The notes under the pieces were generated by a model. That model saw nothing but the letters and a program-made list of their open reading frames with translations, was not told where the DNA came from and searched no databases. A stretch of 64,000 nucleotides of DNA from contig JACROF010000012.1 in the NCBI GenBank assembly GCA_016214555.1, forward strand, positions 70,066 to 134,065, read 5' to 3'. Positions 36,270-44,055 of the stretch are shown in pieces (the first letter of the stretch is position 1; every line of letters begins with the position of its first letter). Both the position numbers and the translations under genes were made by a program. The stretch is from Candidatus Levyibacteriota bacterium. GTDB lineage: Bacteria; Patescibacteriota; Microgenomatia; Levybacterales; UBA12049.

Positions 36270-38669
36270 ATGGATAGACAACTCGTATCAATATATTTGT
36301 TTTATAGAAGTATAGAAGTAAAATTTATAAGAGTTGCTCTTCCAGTGATTCTTCTGATGTGGATTCCCCTTGTGCTTATTACTAACGAATCCCCTAATGT
36401 TCCCATTGTTATTTTTAATCTTTATCTTATGGGAGAACTTTTTTATCGGTATAAGATTTGTACATTAAGAACAAAAAATACCCTTCTGGATCAGGAAGAT
36501 CCTTATAAGAGTATGTCTTTAGAGGTAGCTTCAGTATTTCAAAATGCTTCATCAACAAAGGAAATATTAAGACGCTTGTTTAGTCATCAACAGGTCATTT
36601 TTGGGTTACAAAGAATGGGTGCTTCTCCGCGAGATGTAGTGAGTATTGAATACGAAGCCAACGTGTTGCTGCTAAGAGCGTCTGAGCTCGCTAAAAAAAT
36701 ACAGGGAACAAAGATTACTCTTATAGATGTGCTCAATTCTTATCTGATTGTCTCAGATGAGAAGACAAATTTCCTTTTACATAAGCGATTAAAAGAGAAT
36801 GACTTGCTGCAGATTTCTGTCTGGGTTAGGAAGATCTATCAATTTGAGGAAAAACCAAGGGAGCTATTTTTTGCAAATTACGGAGGAGGATTGGGGCAAT
36901 GGCTTGTGTCTGGGTGGACCTTGGAAACTAAAAAGTATACACAAGTTTTTCCTCAGAAGGATCTTAATCTTGATGTTTCTATTATTGGCAGAGAAAAAGA
37001 ATATCAGTTATTACAAGAAAGCTTATTAAAACCTGAAAGAAATAATATTCTAATTGTTGGAAAAACAGGGGTAGGCAAAGAGCAGCTGCTTAGAAGGCTG
37101 GCAGAGGATAGTTTTAGTGGAAAACTTGATAAGAATCTTTCATATAAAACAATTCTTGAAGTACTCGTTGGATCACTTGTCGCTGGAGCAAATCAACAAG
37201 GCGATCTTCAGGAGCGTTTAAAAGAAATCATTGAGGAGGTTAGCCATGCAGGCAATGTTATTCTTTATATTCCTGAATTCCAGAACCTTCTTGGCGGGAC
37301 CAGCTTTTCACTTGATCTTTCTGGGGCATTAATGCCATTCCTTCGTGATGGAAAGCTTCCGATTATCGCAAGTGTCACTGACGAAAATTTTAAAAGATAT
37401 ATACAAGGTAAACCTATCTCTGAAATGTTTTCTGATATTCATCTTACGGCTCCCAGTAGTAATCAGGCTGAGCAGATGATAATGGAAAAGATCGTGGAGC
37501 TTGAAAGAAAACATGCAGTAATAATTACTTATCCTGCTGTCAAGACATCGGTGATGTTTGCACAAAAATATTCTGATAGTTCTGAGTTACCAGGAAGTGC
37601 AATTGATCTACTGTCTGATGCAATGAGTAAAAAAGCTTCTGAAGATATTCATGATGCACATAATAAGTTTCGTTTAGTTACTGAGAAAGATATTATTCAT
37701 ACAGTTGAACAGCGAACAAGTATTGCGTTGGATGATCCAACAGAAGAAGAGAGTTCAAGGCTACTTCATCTAGAATCTATTATGCATGAGCGGATCATAG
37801 GTCAAGATCAGGCTATTAAAGCTATTGCAGAATCTCTTCGAAGACTCAGAACAGGGGTTCAGAGTCTAGATAGACCTACCTCCTTTTTGTTCCTGGGCCC
37901 AACAGGTGTTGGTAAAACTGAAGTAGCAAAAGTATTATCAAATATTTATTTTAATGGTGAAGCGAATATGATCCGTCTTGACATGAGCGAGTATGCATCA
38001 ACCGATGGTATTGAGAGATTAATAGGAGCATCTACCAGACAAAACGATCTGAGAGGTGAGTTGACTGAGAAAATCCATGATCATCCAAATTCCCTTGTCC
38101 TTCTTGACGAATTTGAGAAAGCTCATTCGTCGGTGGCAAATCTCTTCCTTCAGATTCTTGATGATGGTAGATTGACCGATGGGAGAGGTAATACTGTTTC
38201 TTTCAGTAACGCGATTATTATCGCAACATCGAATGCTGGAGCAAATTTTATTCACGATGCGATAGAAAAAAATGTATTTCTTGATAGCTCGTTTCAGAAG
38301 CAATTGAGAAGCTTTCTTCAGGCAAATAATATATTCAAGCCAGAATTACTCAACCGCTTTGATGATATTGTTGTTTTTCGGCCACTCTTAAAGGATGATG
38401 TTAGGAAAGTAACAGAAATTTTGTTAAGAGATCTTATAAGTCACATGAAAGAAAAAGACATAACACTCTCCGTTGAGGATATTGCAGTGTCTAAAATAAT
38501 ATCAGAAGGTTATGATAAAGAATATGGAGCAAGACCAATTCGGAGATATATCCAAGACAATCTTGATGATCTTATTGCGAAAGAAATCCTTAATAAATCA
38601 ATTAATAGAGGAGATAGGGTAAGAATTGGCGTCAATCAAATAAATGAGTTTGTTATTTATCGAATTTAG
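36270..38669 (+). CDS. membrane-anchored Hsp100/Clp-like ATPase with degenerate (catalytically dead) first AAA+ domain and intact second AAA+ domain
   Basis: ATG at 36270 (GTG at 36261 in the track). Two N-terminal TM helices, then a Clp_N-like repeat pair. NBD1 Walker A reads VGKTGVGKEQL (canonical T/S replaced by E), Walker B reads ILYIPEF (D replaced by P), and the Arg finger is lost. NBD2 is canonical ([36 protein letters not shown]). Confidence 0.8.
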   Translation: MDRQLVSIYLFYRSIEVKFIRVALPVILLMWIPLVLITNESPNVPIVIFNLYLMGELFYRYKICTLRTKNTLLDQEDPYKSMSLEVASVFQNASSTKEILRRLFSHQQVIFGLQRMGASPRDVVSIEYEANVLLLRASELAKKIQGTKITLIDVLNSYLIVSDEKTNFLLHKRLKENDLLQISVWVRKIYQFEEKPRELFFANYGGGLGQWLVSGWTLETKKYTQVFPQKDLNLDVSIIGREKEYQLLQESLLKPERNNILIVGKTGVGKEQLLRRLAEDSFSGKLDKNLSYKTILEVLVGSLVAGANQQGDLQERLKEIIEEVSHAGNVILYIPEFQNLLGGTSFSLDLSGALMPFLRDGKLPIIASVTDENFKRYIQGKPISEMFSDIHLTAPSSNQAEQMIMEKIVELERKHAVIITYPAVKTSVMFAQKYSDSSELPGSAIDLLSDAMSKKASEDIHDAHNKFRLVTEKDIIHTVEQRTSIALDDPTEEESSRLLHLESIMHERIIGQDQAIKAIAESLRRLRTGVQSLDRPTSFLFLGPTGVGKTEVAKVLSNIYFNGEANMIRLDMSEYASTDGIERLIGASTRQNDLRGELTEKIHDHPNSLVLLDEFEKAHSSVANLFLQILDDGRLTDGRGNTVSFSNAIIIATSNAGANFIHDAIEKNVFLDSSFQKQLRSFLQANNIFKPELLNRFDDIVVFRPLLKDDVRKVTEILLRDLISHMKEKDITLSVEDIAVSKIISEGYDKEYGARPIRRYIQDNLDDLIAKEILNKSINRGDRVRIGVNQINEFVIYRI

Positions 38670-38722
38670 GCAGGTAATTCTTGACAAAGCATCTTTAGGC
38701 TCTTAACCTAAAGATATCTACA

Positions 38723-39877
38723 ATGAAAAAGAGAGCATACAAAAGGAAGCATGTTGTTTTAAAGACAAAACGACATAAAAAATTTCACCATAAAGTTATA
38801 TCTTTTTTTAGGGGAGATGGCGGAATTTATGTAATTTTTATTCTTGCTACCGCAATGGCTGGAGCATTTGCCTTAACAGGTGGTATTCTTCCTCAGCTTA
38901 ATCCTACTCCACCTGCATCAAGCCAAGTTGATATAGATACCGAGTCAGCAAAGCAAAGCAGCGAGAATGCTTTGCAGCTTGTTGACATAAAGCCAAAACC
39001 GACCGAGGTGCCTACGCCTACCAGTGAAATTACTCCCAGTACCTCGCCTAGTATCTCTCCTAGCATCTCGCAGCCTCCTCCTGTTCAGGAATGTTATAAC
39101 AAGACGTTAGTGACTTTGATACTTGATTATTCAAATTCAATGCTAACACCAAATTCAAGTCCAAAATATACTGCTTTAAATTCTGCGCTTGGATCTTTCT
39201 ATACACAATTGAGTGGTTATGCTAATGCTGGCATCGGAGCTCAAGCATTTACTGGAAAAGATTCTGGGAATACACCGCTAGATGGTGTATTTAACCTGTT
39301 GAATTACAAATTAGTAAAGAATGTTTCATCTTCAGATAAGCAAAAAATTACTCAAGTAGATAAAGCTGTTTTAGAAAATAGTAATGGTGGAGGAACCTAC
39401 ATGAGAAATGGGTTTTCCTATACTATTTCCAAATTAGAATCAGCTCCCTCTTCTTTTGCAGGATATAGAAAAGTTGCCATAATTTTTTCTGATGGTATTC
39501 CTGAGGAGACATGGGAAGATAGAGAATCCCACAACGGGGATGCAAATTCTTCTTCAGTTTGCTTAGGGAGTGGTAGATATCAGCAGAGATGTTTTTCAAT
39601 TTATCAAGACCCACGAGTAAATTCAACAAACAGATTACCTGATCTAGTAAAGGGACTAAAAGATATAACAGATAGTGTATACGTCGTTGGTATTTATGAT
39701 AGCAAAAGTGGTGAAGGGCTAGTTTTTAAAGATAATTTGATTAGCCTGTTACAGACGATTGCAGAGAGGAGCACGACCCCATTCTATCAATTTATAGACT
39801 TAAAAGATGATCCAGCGGCGGCATTGCAAAAATTAAATCCAGCTTTTCAAAATATTTTTAAAGACGTTTGTAAGTAA
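38723..39877 (+). CDS. membrane-anchored von Willebrand factor type A (vWA) domain protein with MIDAS motif
   Basis: 384 aa. Highly basic N-terminus (KKRAYKRKHVVLKTKRHKK), one TM helix, a P/S/T-rich linker, then a vWA domain with LILDYSNSM (DxSxS MIDAS) and later AIIFSDGIPEE. Confidence 0.7.
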   Translation: MKKRAYKRKHVVLKTKRHKKFHHKVISFFRGDGGIYVIFILATAMAGAFALTGGILPQLNPTPPASSQVDIDTESAKQSSENALQLVDIKPKPTEVPTPTSEITPSTSPSISPSISQPPPVQECYNKTLVTLILDYSNSMLTPNSSPKYTALNSALGSFYTQLSGYANAGIGAQAFTGKDSGNTPLDGVFNLLNYKLVKNVSSSDKQKITQVDKAVLENSNGGGTYMRNGFSYTISKLESAPSSFAGYRKVAIIFSDGIPEETWEDRESHNGDANSSSVCLGSGRYQQRCFSIYQDPRVNSTNRLPDLVKGLKDITDSVYVVGIYDSKSGEGLVFKDNLISLLQTIAERSTTPFYQFIDLKDDPAAALQKLNPAFQNIFKDVCK

Positions 39878-39976
39878 CAATATATTGTCGGGTGGAGCAC
39901 TCTTTTTTAAATATTAGCCTATATTTTTTGTTCTCTATTGAAGCAGGCACCACAAATCTGGTATACTTACCAGACT

Positions 39977-41137
39977 ATGCCAGCATTACAAAGAAGTGAA
40001 TTTGCTCTAGCGCTTAATCAAGTTGCAACAGAACGAGGAGTTGACGTATCTGTCGTTTTGGAAACGGTTCAAAATGCTATCGTTGCCGCCTATAGAAAAG
40101 ATCATCCAGGAGTTGACGTTGAGGAGTATGCTGCAGAATTAAATCCTAATACTGGTGAAGCAAAAATTTTGCATAACGGAAAAGATGTGACTCCTCCAGG
40201 ATTTGGTCGTATCGCAGCACAAACAGCAAAGCAAGTTATCCTTCAAAAGATTCGCGAAAAAGAAAAGGAAGCGATAATTTCTGATTATAAAGACAAGCTT
40301 GGACAAATTGTAAATGGTACAGTTCTTCGTTTTGCTGGTCCTAATGTTATTGTTGATATTGGTAAAACTGAGGCTATTATGCCTCCCCAAGAGCAAATTC
40401 AGAACGAAAAATATTATCAAAATCAGAGACTTGTAGTTTTTATTAAAGATATTCATGAAGGTACAAAGGGGGAGGAAGTTATTGTTTCGCGCTCGGACAA
40501 CGGATTGCTTGAAGGTCTTTTCAAGCGTGAGGTTCCTGAGGTAGCTCAGGGAAGCGTTGTGATTAGGTCTATCGTTCGTGAGGCAGGCAACAGAGCAAAA
40601 ATTGCTGTTGCTTCATCACAAAGTGGTATTGATCCTGTTGGCAGTTGCGTGGGGCAAAAGGGAGTGCGTGTCCAAGCAATTATTCAAGAAGTTGGTGGAG
40701 TCGAAAAAATCGATATTATTCAATTTCAAGAGGAATCTTCTTCTTATATCGCAGCTGCTTTATCCCCAGCAAAGAATGTTAGAGTTGAGCTTAAGGAGGA
40801 AGAGAAGATTGCTCACGTTTTTGTTCCTCAGGAAGAGCTATCATTGGCAATTGGTAAAGATGGTCAAAATGTAAGATTAGCTTCAAAATTAACAGGCTAT
40901 AGAATCGAAATTCAAGGAACAGAAGGCGCTTCAGCTGAGACAAAGGTTGAGGAAAATATATCAAAAGATGAGCCTAAAAAAGAAGCTGAAACAACAGAAG
41001 AAAATGCAAAAGATGAAAGTGACTCAAATGAGGGTGCATCAGATGAGACTGCTGCTTCCGATGAAGTTTCTGAGGTCACAATTCCTGATGAAGCCCCTGA
41101 AACAGAAAAGACTGAAGAAGTCGTTGAGAAAGAATAA
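39977..41137 (+). CDS. nusA: transcription termination/antitermination factor NusA (with acidic C-terminal tail)
   Basis: N-terminal domain, S1 domain (GQIVNGTVLRF...), two KH domains (GIDPVGSCVGQKGVRVQAI; IGKDGQNVRLASKLTGY). ATG at 39977 chosen; the track start 39938 is TTG. Start is uncertain. Confidence 0.85.
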   Translation: MPALQRSEFALALNQVATERGVDVSVVLETVQNAIVAAYRKDHPGVDVEEYAAELNPNTGEAKILHNGKDVTPPGFGRIAAQTAKQVILQKIREKEKEAIISDYKDKLGQIVNGTVLRFAGPNVIVDIGKTEAIMPPQEQIQNEKYYQNQRLVVFIKDIHEGTKGEEVIVSRSDNGLLEGLFKREVPEVAQGSVVIRSIVREAGNRAKIAVASSQSGIDPVGSCVGQKGVRVQAIIQEVGGVEKIDIIQFQEESSSYIAAALSPAKNVRVELKEEEKIAHVFVPQEELSLAIGKDGQNVRLASKLTGYRIEIQGTEGASAETKVEENISKDEPKKEAETTEENAKDESDSNEGASDETAASDEVSEVTIPDEAPETEKTEEVVEKE

Positions 41138-41188
41138 TATGAATTCTCTGCAACTCTATGTTATGCGAGTAAAAGGAGCTTTAGCTAT

Positions 41189-42640
41189 ATGGCAAATCAA
41201 GCAACATCTCATACAAAATTATTTCCTCCTGTAGTTGCCGTACTTGGTCATGTTGATCATGGCAAAACCACGCTTCTTGACGCAATTAGAGATACCTCAA
41301 TTGCAGAAAGAGAACACGGCGGTATCACTCAAAAAATAGGTGCATCTTCTATAGAGGTAATGCATGAAGGCAGCAAGCGAGCTATTGCATTCATTGATAC
41401 GCCAGGCCATGAGGCTTTTGCTCAGATGAGGAGCCGTGGGGCATACGCAGCTGACATTGGGCTTCTTATTGTTTCATCAGTTGATGGCGTTATGCCTCAA
41501 ACTAGAGAAAGTATTAAAGTTCTCCAAGGCTCAAAAATTCCTTTTATTGTTGTATTAACAAAATCAGATCTTCCTACTAAAAACCCAGAAAAAGTTAAGG
41601 GGCAAGTTCTTCGCGAGGGAGTCATGCTTGAAGGTATGGGTGGGGATGTGCCAGTTATAGAGGTTGCCTCAAAAACAAAAAAGAATATAAAAGAGTTATT
41701 GGATCTTATTCTGCTTGTCCAAGAGCTCAGTAATGCTGATTCATCTACAGTCTCTCCAAGTCATCCTCTTAGAGCTATTGTTATTGAGTCGAGGTTAGAT
41801 CAAAAAGCTGGTCCTCGAGCAACAGTAGTCGTCAAAGATGGGACAATAAAAGTTCGTCAGGATGCTTACTGCGATAATCAACAGTTTAGGATTCGATCTC
41901 TCATGAATGATAATGGCGCTTCACTTCAGGATGCGACAATTGGAGCAGCAGTAGAGATTTTAGGCTTTCTCAATGTGCCTGCAGTGGGTAGCACGATTAC
42001 TGACGTTGTAAATGTTGAAGTAAAGACTGTTCAGGAGCAAATACCAAAGGCCGTGTATTCTCCTGCCGCCGACCAAACTGAATTGCCTGTTATTTTACTT
42101 GCAGACTCCCAAGGGTCACTTGAGGCTATAAAATATTCTCTTCCTGAAAAAGTAAAGTTGTTAGAGCAAAAAACAGGAGAAGTAACTGAGAGCGATATCA
42201 TGCACGCAAAATCAACAGGTGCTCTTGTTATTGGGTTTAATTCAAAAATTAGACCAGATGTCGCAAAGCTAGCAAGAACAGAGAAGGTTTTGTGTAAAAA
42301 CTACACAATAATTTATGAACTGCTTAGTGAGCTTGCGGATGTAATGGAAGGGAAAGCGCTTTCTCTTATTGAGGAGATTTATGGAACGGCAAAAATATTG
42401 GCTAAATTTCCTTTTGAGAAGACTTTTGTACTTGGAATAGGCGTAGTTGATGGTAGAATTGCTCGTGGAGATAAGATCCGCATAGTAAGAGGGGACAATC
42501 TTATTGGAGAAGCCCAGATCAATTCTCTTCGAATAGGGAAAAATCCAATAAATAAAGTTGAAAAAGGTAATGAGGCAGGTATTATTATTACTCCAGAACT
42601 TGACTTTGAAGTAGGAGATATGGTAATATCCCATGAATAA
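41189..42640 (+). CDS. infB: translation initiation factor IF-2 (short form: G domain through C-terminal domains, N-terminal region absent)
   Basis: 483 aa. G1 GHVDHGKTTLLD, G3 DTPGHEAF, G4 TKSD. Shine-Dalgarno-like aaaaggag 11 nt upstream. Position after nusA is conserved. Confidence 0.9.
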   Translation: MANQATSHTKLFPPVVAVLGHVDHGKTTLLDAIRDTSIAEREHGGITQKIGASSIEVMHEGSKRAIAFIDTPGHEAFAQMRSRGAYAADIGLLIVSSVDGVMPQTRESIKVLQGSKIPFIVVLTKSDLPTKNPEKVKGQVLREGVMLEGMGGDVPVIEVASKTKKNIKELLDLILLVQELSNADSSTVSPSHPLRAIVIESRLDQKAGPRATVVVKDGTIKVRQDAYCDNQQFRIRSLMNDNGASLQDATIGAAVEILGFLNVPAVGSTITDVVNVEVKTVQEQIPKAVYSPAADQTELPVILLADSQGSLEAIKYSLPEKVKLLEQKTGEVTESDIMHAKSTGALVIGFNSKIRPDVAKLARTEKVLCKNYTIIYELLSELADVMEGKALSLIEEIYGTAKILAKFPFEKTFVLGIGVVDGRIARGDKIRIVRGDNLIGEAQINSLRIGKNPINKVEKGNEAGIIITPELDFEVGDMVISHE

Positions 42641-42651
42641 TATAGGATATT

Positions 42652-43734
42652 ATGGACAATCAGGCACTTCAAAAAATAAAAGATATTATAGCTGGTAGTC
42701 AGTCAACGGCTATTATTGTTGGGGCAAATCCTTCCATTGATCAAATGGCTGCTGCTCTTTCTTTCTATTTATCTCTTCAGGCTCAAGGTAAAGCTGTAAG
42801 TGTAATATCCCCTACGCAACCAATCGTTGAAGTTTCATCTCTTGTCGGCATTGATAAAGTAGCTACTTCAAATGAATCTGCAGGAGGAGATTTGGTTGTC
42901 TCATTTCCATATAGAGAAGGAGAAATTGAGAAAGTATCCTACACCATAGACAATAACCTACTCAATATTGTAGTTAAGGCTGGTGAGCTTGGTCTTAATT
43001 TTTCTGAGCAGGATGTTGTATTTAAAAGAGGTTCATCCAAGCCAACTCTTGTTATAGCAATTGGTATAACATCACTTCATGATGTTGAATCTAATTTCCC
43101 ACAAGGATCGCTTGGAGACGTTCCAATTATTAATATTGATAATAAGAGAGAAAATGAGGGTTATGGATCAATGATATTAGTCTCTGCAAAATTCTCTTCA
43201 CTCTCAGAGCAGGTTGCTGATCTCATGCTCAATCTTAGTTATGATTTTGATGTTGATGTCGCTCAGAATTTATTGTCAGGTATTACTAATGCTACCAATA
43301 ATTTTCAAAGTCAAACTACATCTTATTTAGCTTTTGAAATAGCATCTATTTTGCTTAAAAAAGGTGCTCAAAGAATGCAAAATTCTCTACAAGCTCAAGC
43401 TGCAGTTCCTCAATCTCGTCCATCATTTGTCCAGGCTCAGTCACAGCAGGTCCAGCCTCTTCCAGCGCAACCTCAGCCACAACAGAGACAAAAAGAAGAG
43501 CGTCAGGATCGTCGGGAGGCTATTAGGGAAGCTCTCAGGGCTCAATCACAGACAAGGCAACATGACCAGAGGACTCAATCTCAAAGACCAGAAAGAGGTT
43601 TTCAGCAGGCTCAAGGGCCAATCTCGCCTCAGCAGGTCCAGCAACCTCAATTACAACCAAAGCAGCAAAATGATCAGAAGCCACCTTCAGATTGGCTAAC
43701 GCCAAAGGTTTATAAAGGGTCATCTTCTGTTTAG
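42652..43734 (+). CDS. DHH-family (NrnA-like) protein with degenerate catalytic motifs and Gln/Pro-rich C-terminal tail
   Basis: 360 aa. N-terminal region aligns in pattern with the NrnA DHH domain, but the canonical D-H-H motif is not evident and the PDxDAxGS region reads PSIDQMAAAL. C-terminal ~110 aa is Q/P/R-rich low complexity. Occupies the post-infB slot where DHH phosphoesterases are often found. Confidence 0.55.
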   Translation: MDNQALQKIKDIIAGSQSTAIIVGANPSIDQMAAALSFYLSLQAQGKAVSVISPTQPIVEVSSLVGIDKVATSNESAGGDLVVSFPYREGEIEKVSYTIDNNLLNIVVKAGELGLNFSEQDVVFKRGSSKPTLVIAIGITSLHDVESNFPQGSLGDVPIINIDNKRENEGYGSMILVSAKFSSLSEQVADLMLNLSYDFDVDVAQNLLSGITNATNNFQSQTTSYLAFEIASILLKKGAQRMQNSLQAQAAVPQSRPSFVQAQSQQVQPLPAQPQPQQRQKEERQDRREAIREALRAQSQTRQHDQRTQSQRPERGFQQAQGPISPQQVQQPQLQPKQQNDQKPPSDWLTPKVYKGSSSV

Positions 43735-43785
43735 TCTACGCAATACAGTTGCCAGACAGTAAGAAACTTGGTATAATACACTCCT

Positions 43786-44055
43786 ATGCCGCTTTCAACA
43801 ATGCAAAAACAAGACATCATCAAGCAATTTCAGACAGTAAATGGAGACACTGGAAGTCCAGAAGTGCAAATTGCTCTTCTTACCCATAGAATCACACGAC
43901 TTGCTGATCATCTTAAGGATCATGCTCATGATGTCCATAGTCGTCGTGGACTTCTCTCAATGATTGCAAAGCGAAGAAGACTTCTTAATTTTTTAGTTAA
44001 AGTTGATAAGAGTCGAGCTTCAGATATTAAGAAGAAGATTGGATTGAAAGACTAA
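43786..44055 (+). CDS. rpsO: 30S ribosomal protein S15
   Basis: 89 aa. LLTHRITRLADHLKDHAHDVHSRRGLLSMIAKRRRLL matches the S15 consensus. Immediately upstream of pnp. Confidence 0.9.
   Translation: MPLSTMQKQDIIKQFQTVNGDTGSPEVQIALLTHRITRLADHLKDHAHDVHSRRGLLSMIAKRRRLLNFLVKVDKSRASDIKKKIGLKD

Noticed and set aside
33194-38669. Considered calling the two Hsp100 genes simply clpB and clpC heat-shock genes of the dnaK regulon.
   Set aside because: Neither has the ClpB M-domain. One is membrane-anchored with a dead NBD1, and no CIRCE precedes them. Generic names would hide the unusual features, so gene symbols are left empty.
40947-41234. Lys/Gln-rich 95-aa ORF overlapping the NusA acidic C-terminal tail and the infB start. 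Also 40578-40874 in another NusA frame.
   Set aside because: Frame-shifted reading of the GAA/GAT-rich acidic tail codons yields AAG/AAA-rich pseudo-ORFs. These are compositional artefacts.
43364-43723. ORFs 43364-43699 (plus) and 43535-43723 (minus) inside the Q/P-rich tail of the DHH-like gene.
   Set aside because: Low-complexity CAG/CCT repeats remain open in several frames. The in-frame continuation of the DHH-like protein is the parsimonious reading.
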